A stretch of 64,000 nt of DNA from Candidatus Aldehydirespirator sp. (GCA_965221605.1 CBDCSK010000004.1:209331-273330); one strand, 5' to 3'; positions 34,806-44,251 are shown, numbered from the stretch's first letter. The notes: generated by a model not told the origin, from the sequence alone. Program-made: numbers and translations.

Positions 34806-36407
34806 TCAGGGGTCGATGAGGACTCCGGGGTTGAGGATGCCGTTGGGGTCGAGGCGCTGCTTGACGGCCCGCACGGACTCGGCGAACAACTCGGGACGCT
34901 GGCGGTCGTAGCCGTCGGGCCGGTGCATGCGGCCCACCGCGTGGTGGTGGGTGACGGTGCCGCCCGCGTCCACCACTGCCCGGTTGGCCTCGTCCTTGAT
35001 GGTCTGCCACTGGGCGATCTCGCTGCCCTGCGCGCCCATGCCCGACCAGGTGTAGTAGGGCGCGGGACCGTCGGTGTAGACGTGAGTGAAGCGGCACGAC
35101 AGCGAGTGGTGCGGGCCGAACGTGTCGGCGAGGGCGGCGCCGACCCGGGTGCGGATCTCGGCGTCGAAATCGGGCCAGCGGTCCCAGGTGATGGCCGTCT
35201 CGAAGGTGTCGTTGACCAGGCCCAGCGACGTCTCCACGCCGTTGCCCACGCCGATGAACGCGTTGCGCCAGGCGCCGACCGCGCCGCCCCGGCCGGTGGG
35301 GGCGCCGGTGCCGTCGTCGACGCGGATGTCGTCGTCTCCGACCGTCCCGCCGCAGTCCCGGGCGATCTCGACCGCGGCCGCGATGTTGTGGCGCTGCGAC
35401 AGCTCGGCCGACTCGAACGACACGATCACCAGGGCCTGCTCGCCGTCGAGTCCCGCAGCCCGGCGGGCCTCGGCCGGGTCGAGGATCCTCAGGTTGGCAG
35501 GCCACAGCTTGGCCTGCACGATGTGGCGGACGGCCTCGCAGCCGGCCGGCCACGACCCGAACGTGACCCCGGCGGTGGCCCGGAACACCGGCCGGCGCTG
35601 GATGCGCATCCAGGCCTCGGTGATGATCCCGTAGATCCCCTCCGAGCCGATCACCATGCGGTCGGGGCTGGGACCCGCGCCGGAGCCGGGCAGGCGTCGG
35701 GACTCCCACCAGCCGGCCGGGGTGATCATCCGCACCGACTCGACGAAGTCGTCGATGTGGGTGTGGTTGGTGGCGTAGTGGCCGCCGGAGCGGGTGGCGA
35801 TCCAGCCGCCGAGGGTCGAGAACCGGAACGACTGCGGGAAGTGCCGCAGGGTGTGGCCGCTGGGCCGCAGCTGGTCCTCGAGGTGCGGTCCGAACACGCC
35901 GGCCTGTATGCGGGCCGCCCGGGACACGTCGTCGATCTCCAGCACCCGGTCGAGCGGGTCGAGCGAGATCACCACGGTCGGGCCCAGGTCGTCGCGGGGG
36001 GTCACGCCCCACACCACCGACGACCCGCCCCCGTAGGGGACGGCCACATAGCCGTTGGCGTCGCACCAGTCGAGGGTGGCCTCCACCTCGGTCTCGTCGC
36101 GGGGATGGGCCACCACGTCGGGAGGATTACCGAAGTCGAGGTTGAAGGCCCGGACCCGCTCGGTGAAGTGGGCGCCGTAGGCGTAGCGGGCCCGGTCGTA
36201 GACGGTGGTGGAGCACCAGCCGGCCATCGGGTCGGGCACCTGGATGCGGGGCGGTCGCAGCTCGGCGTCGTCCAGCGACGGCACCGGCCTGGCCGTGACC
36301 TCGGTGCCGTACCGCTCCGACAGCTTCGCGGCCAGCGCGGCGCGGTCGGCGTCGGAGGGCTCCTCCGACTCCAGGCACCAAGCCCAGAACGACTTGCGAT
36401 CAGCCAA
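34806..36407 (-). CDS. FAD-linked oxidase (alkyl-DHAP-synthase-like, FAD_binding_4 + FAD-oxidase_C)
   Basis: 533 aa with VVAHPRDETEVEATLDWCDANGYVAVPYGGGSSV and a C-terminal HHHAVGRMH...LDPNGILNPGVL. Confidence 0.8.
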   Translation of the reverse strand: MADRKSFWAWCLESEEPSDADRAALAAKLSERYGTEVTARPVPSLDDAELRPPRIQVPDPMAGWCSTTVYDRARYAYGAHFTERVRAFNLDFGNPPDVVAHPRDETEVEATLDWCDANGYVAVPYGGGSSVVWGVTPRDDLGPTVVISLDPLDRVLEIDDVSRAARIQAGVFGPHLEDQLRPSGHTLRHFPQSFRFSTLGGWIATRSGGHYATNHTHIDDFVESVRMITPAGWWESRRLPGSGAGPSPDRMVIGSEGIYGIITEAWMRIQRRPVFRATAGVTFGSWPAGCEAVRHIVQAKLWPANLRILDPAEARRAAGLDGEQALVIVSFESAELSQRHNIAAAVEIARDCGGTVGDDDIRVDDGTGAPTGRGGAVGAWRNAFIGVGNGVETSLGLVNDTFETAITWDRWPDFDAEIRTRVGAALADTFGPHHSLSCRFTHVYTDGPAPYYTWSGMGAQGSEIAQWQTIKDEANRAVVDAGGTVTHHHAVGRMHRPDGYDRQRPELFAESVRAVKQRLDPNGILNPGVLIDP

Positions 36408-36476
36408 TGGCGCTCCTTCGGCGTCGTGTGGCGCCCGTGCGATCAGGCAAGGGTGCGGGCACCGTAGCCCAGAGCG

Positions 36477-37679
36477 CTACCGGGCCCCAATGTCCACACT
36501 GGGTCTCAGCTGTATCCGCACGTTGACGGCCAGGATCAGGATTGCGCCCACGACGAACAGGTCGAACCGGGGGAGAGTGATCCCCAGCGCCATCAGGGCC
36601 AGCAGGGACACGACCGGGCCGAAACACAGCAGCGAGTTGACCGCCGCGTCCTCGGTCCTGATGTTCCCGACCCGGAGCGTGATGCCCGCCACCGACGCCG
36701 CCGCTCCGATCAACAGGGCGCCGAGAGCAGCCGCTGACGTCAGCGATCCGTCAACCTGCGGTGCCAGCATTCCGATGAGAATGTTCACAGGAAGGGCAAC
36801 TATTCGAGCCATTACATAACCCAGCATCGTGAGCCACACCAGCAAACGGCGATCCGGATCTCCTCGCAGCTCGATCGGTGTGGGGCTCTGAGTGCTGTAC
36901 TCGTCAGATTCGTCCGCCGACGCGTCGACTAGTGCGTAGTAGAGGGTCTTTCCGTACGCCAGGGTGCTCAGGACGCTCAGAGCAGCCAGCATCGAGGCAA
37001 CCAATGCGATCGCCATCCCGGCCACCGCCTCGAACGACACCAGGTCGGCGGCTGATCGGATCTGACCTCCGGCCTGGCTTCCCAACATACCCGCCAGCCC
37101 GATCCCCGCCAGCGCGATGAGGACCATCCGCTCCTTCGACATGGCGCCGGAGGCATGCCCGATCGCGGACGGTGCGCCGCGGAACCGTCGGTCACTGTCG
37201 TTGTGGCGGGCCAGCGTGTACACCAGGAACACCGGCCATAGCTCGAAGATCGTGGTTGCGATGGCCGTCTCGAGGATCGTGGCGGCCCACGTGAGGAAGC
37301 CGTAGTGAAGGCTGGAGACGAGGGCCCACACGATGGGCAGCTTGAGCACGCCGAGAGCGTCACCTGCTGGCAGGTGCCGAAGGATCACGGCCTTGTCGCC
37401 GCCAGTGCCTGCCCTCACTCGCCGAAAGTAGACGCAGTGTGTCCTTGGTCTTGTCAGACGCCGTCGCTGGCTCTCGCCCAGGCGTCCATTGACGTAGGTT
37501 GTCCTCGAATACAGCAGGAAGATCCCCGGTATCGCCACCTGCATCATCGTGATCAAGGCGTTGAAGTAGAACGGGTTGGTGTCCGAGGCGGTGACATGAA
37601 GCAGGGGAGGCGCGGACGCGTACAGCAGCGTGGCGGTGAGCACCAGACGGATCGCATGGCCGCGATGACTCGCCTTCAC
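36477..37679 (-). CDS. Polytopic integral membrane protein, function unknown
   Basis: About 10 hydrophobic helices. The GTG at 37679 overlaps the upstream stop (GTGA). The longer 458-aa ORF would run into the upstream gene. Noticeably less GC-rich than its neighbours. No motif recognised. Confidence 0.55.
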   Translation of the reverse strand: MKASHRGHAIRLVLTATLLYASAPPLLHVTASDTNPFYFNALITMMQVAIPGIFLLYSRTTYVNGRLGESQRRRLTRPRTHCVYFRRVRAGTGGDKAVILRHLPAGDALGVLKLPIVWALVSSLHYGFLTWAATILETAIATTIFELWPVFLVYTLARHNDSDRRFRGAPSAIGHASGAMSKERMVLIALAGIGLAGMLGSQAGGQIRSAADLVSFEAVAGMAIALVASMLAALSVLSTLAYGKTLYYALVDASADESDEYSTQSPTPIELRGDPDRRLLVWLTMLGYVMARIVALPVNILIGMLAPQVDGSLTSAAALGALLIGAAASVAGITLRVGNIRTEDAAVNSLLCFGPVVSLLALMALGITLPRFDLFVVGAILILAVNVRIQLRPSVDIGAR

Positions 37680-38962
37680 AGCGCGTCGGCGTGGGCTTGC
37701 AGCAGTGGGACGACCAGGTCGGGGTGCATGCGTCCCATGCCGCACTCGGCGGCGATGCCGAAGTGGGGGAGATGGCGGCGGGCAGCCGCCATCCGCCGTT
37801 TGGCGCCGGCGCCTCCGTCCTCGTGGTGCACCAGCCCGAGGTAGACGTGGCATCCGCCGATGCGGAGGCCGCGCAGCGGAGCGAAGTAGGCGTCGTCGTC
37901 ACGGTCGATCGGGACCGGCATGTGGACGAAGTCGATGCGGCGTCCCGAGTTGCCGACCACGAAGTTCGCCAGCGCCACGCACCGGGCGAGGTCGGCCGGT
38001 TCGACGAAGTGCTCGTCGTGCATGCTCCCGTAGCAGAAGTGGTAGCCGACCACGACGCCGTCGGGGATCTCCATGCTGATCGCCGGCGTCTGGAGCGCGA
38101 TCCGGGCCATGGGATCGCCGGCGGGTGCCCAGTCGAACAAGTCGTTGAAGACGACGGTCTCCCAGCACGCGTCCCACTGGATCGTGAGGTCGTCGTGGGG
38201 GATGGCCTGGCACAGCCGCCGGACCTCCTCGGCCATCGCCAGCGTGTAGGCCGTGTTCACGCGGTCGGCGTCGTCGGGGTCGATGATGTTGTCGGTCAGG
38301 AACTTGTGGACCGGGCGGCAGTGGTAGCACTCCGAGAAGTTCTCGACCGAGGCCTTCCAGTTGGCGTCATGGCGAGCCGGCGACTGGTACACCAACTCCA
38401 TCGCCTCCGGGCTCGGCGCCCAAGCCTCGATCTCGGCTCGCAGGCCCGGGTAGCAGTCCTCGAACGGCGGACTGTCGGCGTCCAGGCTCACGAACAGGGC
38501 GCCCGCGACGATCTCGAGCCGGACCGGCCGGAGCCCGAGCGTCGCCTGATCGAACCCGGCAACGTCCGCGGTGTGGGGCGCATAGAACAGCGAGCCGTCG
38601 GACGCGTACGTCCATGCGTGGTACGGGCATGTGAGCCAGCGGGCGTTGCCGCAGCCGGATGCGACCGCGTGACCACGGTGACGGCACACATTGTGGAAGG
38701 CGCGGACGGAGCCGTCGTCACCCCGGATGAGCAGCACTGCGTGATCGAGGATCGCCTCGACGGCGTAGTCACCCGGCTCGCTGATGTCCGCCTCGTGCCC
38801 GAGGCATATCCAACTCCGCTGGAAGATCCGCCCGTCTTCCAGCGCGAGCGTCGCCGCGGAGGTGTAGTCGCCATGAGCCAGGCCGGCCCGCATCCGGGCG
38901 GAGTCGTTGTCGCAAGCCACCTCGTGGAGGGCGGCGTACAGGCGAGCGGCCGGGGAGGTCAT
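37676..38962 (-). CDS. Chimeric protein: Rieske [2Fe-2S] oxygenase alpha-subunit N-terminal half fused to a MetE/CIMS-like (cobalamin-independent methyltransferase-like) C-terminal region
   Basis: Rieske motif CRHRGH...CPYHAW. Mononuclear-Fe motif NWKASVENFSECYHCRPVH. About 25 aa later come MetE-like blocks LTIQWDACWE (cf. IQIDEP), GYHFCYGSMHDE (cf. H-x-C-Y) and GIAAECGMGR (cf. PDCGLKTR). Confidence 0.6.
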   Translation of the reverse strand: MTSPAARLYAALHEVACDNDSARMRAGLAHGDYTSAATLALEDGRIFQRSWICLGHEADISEPGDYAVEAILDHAVLLIRGDDGSVRAFHNVCRHRGHAVASGCGNARWLTCPYHAWTYASDGSLFYAPHTADVAGFDQATLGLRPVRLEIVAGALFVSLDADSPPFEDCYPGLRAEIEAWAPSPEAMELVYQSPARHDANWKASVENFSECYHCRPVHKFLTDNIIDPDDADRVNTAYTLAMAEEVRRLCQAIPHDDLTIQWDACWETVVFNDLFDWAPAGDPMARIALQTPAISMEIPDGVVVGYHFCYGSMHDEHFVEPADLARCVALANFVVGNSGRRIDFVHMPVPIDRDDDAYFAPLRGLRIGGCHVYLGLVHHEDGGAGAKRRMAAARRHLPHFGIAAECGMGRMHPDLVVPLLQAHADAL

Positions 38963-38975
38963 GACGGAGAGCTCA

Positions 38976-39545
38976 TCACTTGTGGAGGAACGCCAGGGTC
39001 TCGCTGTCGCCGTTCTGGAACGCCATCATCCCGTTGTACGCGTACGTGGGAGCGTCCTGCACCGTGTACATCAACACATCGCGGTCACCGTTGTTCCAGT
39101 GCTCGTGGTACGAGTACGACGGGCACGAGAACGAGTCGCCGTCCTCCCAGTCGATGCGGTACTCGTCGATCGTGGAGTACCCCGACCCGCTGATGATGTA
39201 GTACATCGACCCGGGCGTGTGCCGGTGCATGTCGATCCGTTCTCCGGGCTTGAGCAGATGGATGGTGACCCACATGGTGGGGATGGTCGAGTTGTTGGGC
39301 CCGTCGGTTGATCGCAGCGATACGTAGCGGGTGTTGCCGTCCCACTGGGGATCTTCGGCCATCTCCTCGAGGCGGGCCCGGATCTCCCTCATCGACCAGA
39401 GCGCTGGACGGATCAGCGGCGGGACTGACCCCGCCATGTAGTCGTGGTGGCTCTGGAGTTCGGCTGCGGACGGCTCGACGGGGCGGAACTCCGTCGGGGT
39501 GGTGCTGTTGCGCTTGAGTGGCTCGGCCATTGGGTGTCCCTTCAT
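38976..39545 (-). CDS. Cupin-domain protein (dioxygenase-like)
   Basis: 189 aa with cupin motifs PGERIDMHRHTPGSMYYIISGSG and GDSFSCPSYSYHEHWN. Confidence 0.75.
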   Translation of the reverse strand: MKGHPMAEPLKRNSTTPTEFRPVEPSAAELQSHHDYMAGSVPPLIRPALWSMREIRARLEEMAEDPQWDGNTRYVSLRSTDGPNNSTIPTMWVTIHLLKPGERIDMHRHTPGSMYYIISGSGYSTIDEYRIDWEDGDSFSCPSYSYHEHWNNGDRDVLMYTVQDAPTYAYNGMMAFQNGDSETLAFLHK

Positions 39546-40039
39546 TGTTGGATTGTCGAGTTGTGGGGTTGGTCGGAGGCCGAGGTGGCGAAGTGGTGGC
39601 GGTAGCCGTCGACGACCCCCGTGAGCAGGGCGACGAGGTCGTGCCGCCGGTCGAACGGAACGAGATCGGTCAGGTACAGCGCGATGAGTTCATCGAGCCG
39701 CGCCCGGCACAGAGCGAAGAAGATGTCGGTTTCGGCGGTGACGTGAACCCGTGTGACCCGCCCGTCGTCGGGATCGGCCCGTCGGGCGATGAGGCCGCGC
39801 TCCTCGAGCCGGGCGATCCGGTAGGTCGCATGGCGGGGCTCCGCGGCGAGGCGATGGGCCAGGTCGCTCATCCGCACACCGTCTGGCTCCGCGGCGAGTA
39901 CGTCCTCGAGAATCGCGATGTCGTCGCTGATGACACCCAGATCGGCCCGCAGCTCACGGTCGACGTGGCGCGTCACCATGCGGGAACCGTCGGTGAAGAC
40001 CTCCCACAAGCAGCGGTCGATCTGATCGATGTCGGCCAC
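39542..40039 (-). CDS. MarR-family transcriptional regulator
   Basis: 165 aa. Winged-helix block MSDLAHRLAAEPRHATYRIARLEERGLIARRADPDDGRVTRVHVT. 4-bp overlap with the cupin gene. Confidence 0.85.
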   Translation of the reverse strand: MADIDQIDRCLWEVFTDGSRMVTRHVDRELRADLGVISDDIAILEDVLAAEPDGVRMSDLAHRLAAEPRHATYRIARLEERGLIARRADPDDGRVTRVHVTAETDIFFALCRARLDELIALYLTDLVPFDRRHDLVALLTGVVDGYRHHFATSASDQPHNSTIQQ

Positions 40040-40185
40040 GCCGGCAAGGATATTACGAATTCGAAGTTATTGTCAATTGTCCGCAGCAGGCGTTCCTGAG
40101 GAGGTGCCCGCGGGAGTCGCAAGCGGTGACGGGAGTCGAGGGACGCTTCGCCGTCTCTGCTCTAGCTCAGCGTGTCCATGTCGGG

Positions 40186-40204
40186 GTGGAGCTAAGGGGA
40201 ATTG
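40186..40204. repeat. Island-distal att repeat (copy of the tRNA-Ala 3' end)
   Basis: Identical to 50789-50807. Flanking bases differ on both sides. Confidence 0.85.
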
Positions 40205-40372
40205 TTTTCTTGGTTCATGCATCCTCAATCTTTCTCACCTGTTACGCCTTCATACAGGTCAGAGGCGGAATTGTTGCGTCATTCGTGCTCAGTGGGTATC
40301 ATCCGATCGCATCACTAAAGTGACAACAAAGTTGACAACGCCAGTTGGATTCTCTCGAAGGAATCAGATCCG

Positions 40373-41518
40373 ATGAGCCGATCGTTGACCGCCACATTCG
40401 TAAGGAATGTTAGCCAGCCCGGAGCCTACGGGGACGGCCGCGGAGGCTACGGGTTGACTCTGCGGGTTCGCCGCAGAGTCAACGGCGGGTTGTCGAAGGT
40501 GTGGGTGCAGCGGCTCCGCATAGACGGCCGCGCCACCAACCTTGGGCTCGGGGCGTACCCGCTGGTCAGCTTGCGTGAAGCCCGAGACGCCGCCTTTGAG
40601 AACCGGCGCTCTGTCGCGCATGGCATCAACCCGCGTACTGCTGTGACCCCCACCCTCGCTGATGCCGTTGAGGCGGTCATTGCGTCGCGCTCGACTTCAT
40701 GGAAGGACGGCGGCCGCTCCGCTGAGATATGGCGCTCCTCGGTGCGTAACCACGCCGCGGGCCTGCTGCAGCGCCCGGTGGACACCATCACCACCGGCGA
40801 TGTGCTGGCATGCATCACCCCGCTTTGGTCCACCGCCCATGACACCGCCAAGAAGGTTCGCCAGCGGCTCTCTTTGGCGTTCAGGTGGGCAATCGCGGCC
40901 GGGCATCGCCCAGATGACCCCGCGGGGGAGGCGCTGTTGGCGGCGCTGCCCCGCAACACCAGCACCCGTCGCCACATCGCAGCGTTGCCGCCGCACAAGG
41001 TGCCCGCTGCTCTCGCGGCTATCGACAACTCGGGCGCTCACCCAACCACCAAAGCCGCGATGTGGATGCTGGCTTTGACCGCGACCCGCTCCGGTGAGGT
41101 CCGAGAAATGCGCTGGAACGAGATCGACGAAGACATCTGGACGATCCCAGCCGAACGCACCAAGATCGGCCGCGAGTTCCGGGTGCCGCTGAGCCGCCAG
41201 GCGCTCGCCGTACTCGACGATGCGCGCTGCTACAGCGACGGCAGTCCCGGCTCGCTGGTGTTCCCCTCGGCACGCGGTAGGCAGATCACTGCCGAGGCCC
41301 TCTCCAAGCTCTGCCACGAACTCGACCTGGAAATGACCCCCCACGGGTTCCGCTCGAGCTTCCGGGACTGGGCCGCGGAGTCCGGCGTCTCCCGGGAAGT
41401 GGCCGAGGCGTGTCTGGCGCACGTCATCAAGAACACCGTCGAAGCTGCCTATCGGCGCTCTGACCTGTTGGATCAGCGCCGCGAGGTCATGGACGCCTGG
41501 GCGCGCTACATCACATAA
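40373..41518 (+). CDS. int: Tyrosine-type (P4-like) site-specific integrase
   Basis: 381 aa. N-terminal DUF4102-like YGDGRGGYGLTLRV...WVQRLRIDGR. C-terminal catalytic blocks ALTATRSGEVREMRW, HGFRSSFRDWA and LAHV...AYRRSDL. Confidence 0.9.
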   Translation: MSRSLTATFVRNVSQPGAYGDGRGGYGLTLRVRRRVNGGLSKVWVQRLRIDGRATNLGLGAYPLVSLREARDAAFENRRSVAHGINPRTAVTPTLADAVEAVIASRSTSWKDGGRSAEIWRSSVRNHAAGLLQRPVDTITTGDVLACITPLWSTAHDTAKKVRQRLSLAFRWAIAAGHRPDDPAGEALLAALPRNTSTRRHIAALPPHKVPAALAAIDNSGAHPTTKAAMWMLALTATRSGEVREMRWNEIDEDIWTIPAERTKIGREFRVPLSRQALAVLDDARCYSDGSPGSLVFPSARGRQITAEALSKLCHELDLEMTPHGFRSSFRDWAAESGVSREVAEACLAHVIKNTVEAAYRRSDLLDQRREVMDAWARYIT

Positions 41519-41668
41519 CCCCAGCACCTCTCAACAGGTTGGGTCTCCTCCACCGTGATCTGGTCCAACCACGCCTTGATCTGCTCACAGGAGCCCTCGC
41601 TGCCGTTGTCGGCCGTGTCAGCGCCTACGGTGACCGGCAAACTCAACGCCAGGTGTTCCAATCGCCCG

Positions 41669-41935
41669 CTAGCGATCAGAGGCGAACCCGAGCACGGTGT
41701 TAGCTGCAGCGCTGGCGGCTTTGATCGCAAGAGCGCGGTCAGCTTCGCCGTCCCAGTCGAAGGCAGCAAAGGCTGCTAGGAACGCCGATCTCCAAGCCGG
41801 CCAGCCGCTCCCGGCGTCCAGGTGGGTACTCCAGTCAGGCACATCGGCGATGTGGGCCGCTAGGGCACGTTCAGCAGCGGCTCTCATCTCGGGCCAGCAG
41901 TCGACGGCGGTAGCATCGCACGGTTCGCGTGTCAC
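41669..41935 (-). CDS. Small hypothetical protein, translationally coupled to the upstream SLH protein gene
   Basis: The GTG at 41935 overlaps the upstream stop (GTGA, 41932-41935). 88 aa with no recognisable motif. The longer 121-aa form would overlap the upstream gene by ~100 nt. Confidence 0.4.
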   Translation of the reverse strand: MTREPCDATAVDCWPEMRAAAERALAAHIADVPDWSTHLDAGSGWPAWRSAFLAAFAAFDWDGEADRALAIKAASAAANTVLGFASDR

Positions 41936-42789
41936 GATGTTTCGCAGTTCACCGTGTGCGCCCACTGCTGTAGGAGCTTCGTGGTAGCCCACATGAACCC
42001 GGGGGAACTGCTCGTGAAGCCAACCAGACCCCACACGGCATCGGGTGCAGGGTCGTAGAGGTCGCCCTGTCCGGCGAGGTCCTCATCTAGCGTGTGGTAG
42101 GGCACCACCGAGATCAAGGTCTCACCAGCATCAATGTCGGAGCTGGGATCGTCCCCGAAACTGAACGAACTCTCACCGGCGACGCGATATGCGAAGCCGT
42201 GCAGACTCGTGGTCGCTCCGTTCGGGCCGGTCACTTGGACATCGACGTTTCGCTCGTCGGGGTTCCACATCAGCACAGCTAGCCATCGGCCCTCGGCATC
42301 GCTCAAGTCCCAGGTGAACTCGACTGGTCCGCTTCCACACAACACCCGCGCCGCTTCGCCATCGAAGGTTGAGGTCCCCTCCCAGGTGGTCCCTGTCGGT
42401 GGCGCTGCTGTGCCGTCATCTGTGGCCGTCGTCGCCTCGGCGGTGTCGTCGGGGGTCTCGCCGCCTCCGGCCATCTCATAGAGGACCCGCATCATGTCGG
42501 CGCGAGTGAAGTCCTCAGACACGTCTGCGCCCAGGATCTCCTCGTAGTAGCGGTTCAGGAACACCGTCGCGTGCCGGAGACTCAACGGCTGAGACGGCCG
42601 AAACGTGCCATCGCCATATCCGGCCGTCACCCCCACCTCGGCGGCCCAGTTGATCGCAGCGAAGTCGGGATGCTCCGGTGGCACGTCACTGAACCGCTGG
42701 GTGGACTGCGCCGCAACCGTACCCGCGACGCTCAGCGCCACCACAGCAACGACGCCGCAGGCCGCGAGCCACGCAAACATCTGAGCCAC
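41932..42789 (-). CDS. Secreted protein with one N-terminal S-layer-homology (SLH) domain
   Basis: Signal peptide MAQMFAWLAACGVVAVVALSVAGTVAAQ, followed by FSDVPPEHPDFAAINWAAEVGVTAGYGDGTFRPSQPLSLRHATVFLNRY (SLH pattern). The C-terminal ~170 aa are unassigned. Confidence 0.65.
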   Translation of the reverse strand: MAQMFAWLAACGVVAVVALSVAGTVAAQSTQRFSDVPPEHPDFAAINWAAEVGVTAGYGDGTFRPSQPLSLRHATVFLNRYYEEILGADVSEDFTRADMMRVLYEMAGGGETPDDTAEATTATDDGTAAPPTGTTWEGTSTFDGEAARVLCGSGPVEFTWDLSDAEGRWLAVLMWNPDERNVDVQVTGPNGATTSLHGFAYRVAGESSFSFGDDPSSDIDAGETLISVVPYHTLDEDLAGQGDLYDPAPDAVWGLVGFTSSSPGFMWATTKLLQQWAHTVNCETS

Positions 42790-42865
42790 CCATGGCTACA
42801 CACGACTTCCTGCGCTCCTACCATCGTCGCTGGCAGACTGCTGCCGTAACCCGGAGGCTCTGACC

Positions 42866-43219
42866 ATGACCAGCGCCGGCTTCTTATCGGTAGGTCGCGC
42901 AACACTCACCTTCGCAGCGCTGACCGTGATGCTGGCGGCTGGCTGCTCAGGCGAGCCTGAACATTGCATTCACTACGACGCGGCCCGCATCGCTCTCAAG
43001 GAAGCGGATGCGCTGGAGGTCCGACATGGCCGTGATGTAGACGCATGGCCTGCCGACGCCAGAAACGACCTGGACCACTGGCTAGAGGCGTACATGGATG
43101 CCGCTTCCAGAATGTGGGCAAACGCCCCAACCGACTCCGCGTGGGCACGAGAGCAACCCACGCTTGACGACATGCTCGACCCGGCATGGCTAGAAAGAGG
43201 CAGAAGAACCTGCGAGTGA
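42866..43219 (+). CDS. Small hypothetical lipoprotein
   Basis: 117 aa with lipobox MLAAGC. No other motif recognised. Confidence 0.5.
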   Translation: MTSAGFLSVGRATLTFAALTVMLAAGCSGEPEHCIHYDAARIALKEADALEVRHGRDVDAWPADARNDLDHWLEAYMDAASRMWANAPTDSAWAREQPTLDDMLDPAWLERGRRTCE

Positions 43220-43237
43220 CCCAGCAGGTCCCCAGTG

Positions 43238-43849
43238 TCAGCCCAGCCCGAGTCCCCCGCTGCGGTAGCGGCCGAAGCGGTCGCTGTGGTCCTGGGTGGC
43301 GCGTAGTTCGGCGTCGCGTTCGGCCGCGGAGTTGGCCACCTCGTCGATGAAGGATCTCATCTCGGGAGGGATGACGTTGTGGTAGTAGGCGTCGTCTATG
43401 AGTTCAACCATGGCCTGAGTGGAGGTGATCCCGCTTTCGAGGCTGAGCCGTACCGCGTCATCGAAGTCGCGGTCGCGGGCCGCGAACAGCTTCATCGCCA
43501 ACAGGTACCTGTCGTCGGGGCTGTAGGCCTGGAAGTTCTCACCGACATACAACGGCCGCGGGCGCGGTTCCAAAGCAGCCGTGCCGGCGGTGCCGCCGTC
43601 GTTAATCCAGTGCCACTCCAAGTTGTTGCGCTCCGCCACCACAGCCACAGCCCGGCGAAAATCGGTGGGGAAGTCACCGCCGATGAGGTCCACGTCATAG
43701 GTGCGGCGGTCGCTCCACTTGAACGCAAGCGCGGCCCCGCCACCGACGAGCACCCGCACCGGCTCGGCCCGGCCCTCCAGTTCGGCGTCAAGCTCACCAA
43801 AGAGCACTCGCAGCCGCTCAGCGTCGAGTTCGTCGAAGCGTTCAGGCAC
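43238..43849 (-). CDS. Nucleotidyltransferase-fold protein (DUF6036/AbiEii-like)
   Basis: 203 aa with VRVLVGGGAALAFKWSDRRTYDVDLI (a minimal NTase G-x-x...D-x-D-like pattern) and LLAMKLFAARDRDFDDAVRL. Confidence 0.55.
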   Translation of the reverse strand: MPERFDELDAERLRVLFGELDAELEGRAEPVRVLVGGGAALAFKWSDRRTYDVDLIGGDFPTDFRRAVAVVAERNNLEWHWINDGGTAGTAALEPRPRPLYVGENFQAYSPDDRYLLAMKLFAARDRDFDDAVRLSLESGITSTQAMVELIDDAYYHNVIPPEMRSFIDEVANSAAERDAELRATQDHSDRFGRYRSGGLGLG

Positions 43850-43852
43850 CGG

Positions 43853-44251
43853 CTAGGCCTCGAGCAAATCGGCGCCGAAGAACACGCCGTGAGCCGCGCA
43901 CACCTCCGGAGAGCGCTTGCGGACCACATCCCCGAAACCGCTGTTGAGGCGAACACCGAACAATGCAATGCCGGGATCGAGGCGGCAGCGGTGGACCCAC
44001 TCGGGTGCCGCGACCGCGTCGCGGTCACACAACGCATGGACCACTGTGGCCATCTTGGCCGCCACAACTTCGCTCGTTCCTGCAGGCGGCGGCAGCGCCA
44101 GCACCGCGTCGCGTTGTTCGGGATAGCGGCGCCAATCCATCACGAACTGCACCAGCGGCCGGTCAATGGGCCAGGCCGGATTCACGAGCTCAGCCGCGAG
44201 GCGCCGCACCGTCATAGCGGTACTACGGGATCGGCTCGTGGGCTGACTCAC
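43853..44251 (-). CDS. Hypothetical protein, upstream partner of the NTase-fold gene
   Basis: 132-aa ORF ending 3 nt before the NTase gene start. No motif recognised. Confidence 0.45.
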   Translation of the reverse strand: MSQPTSRSRSTAMTVRRLAAELVNPAWPIDRPLVQFVMDWRRYPEQRDAVLALPPPAGTSEVVAAKMATVVHALCDRDAVAAPEWVHRCRLDPGIALFGVRLNSGFGDVVRKRSPEVCAAHGVFFGADLLEA

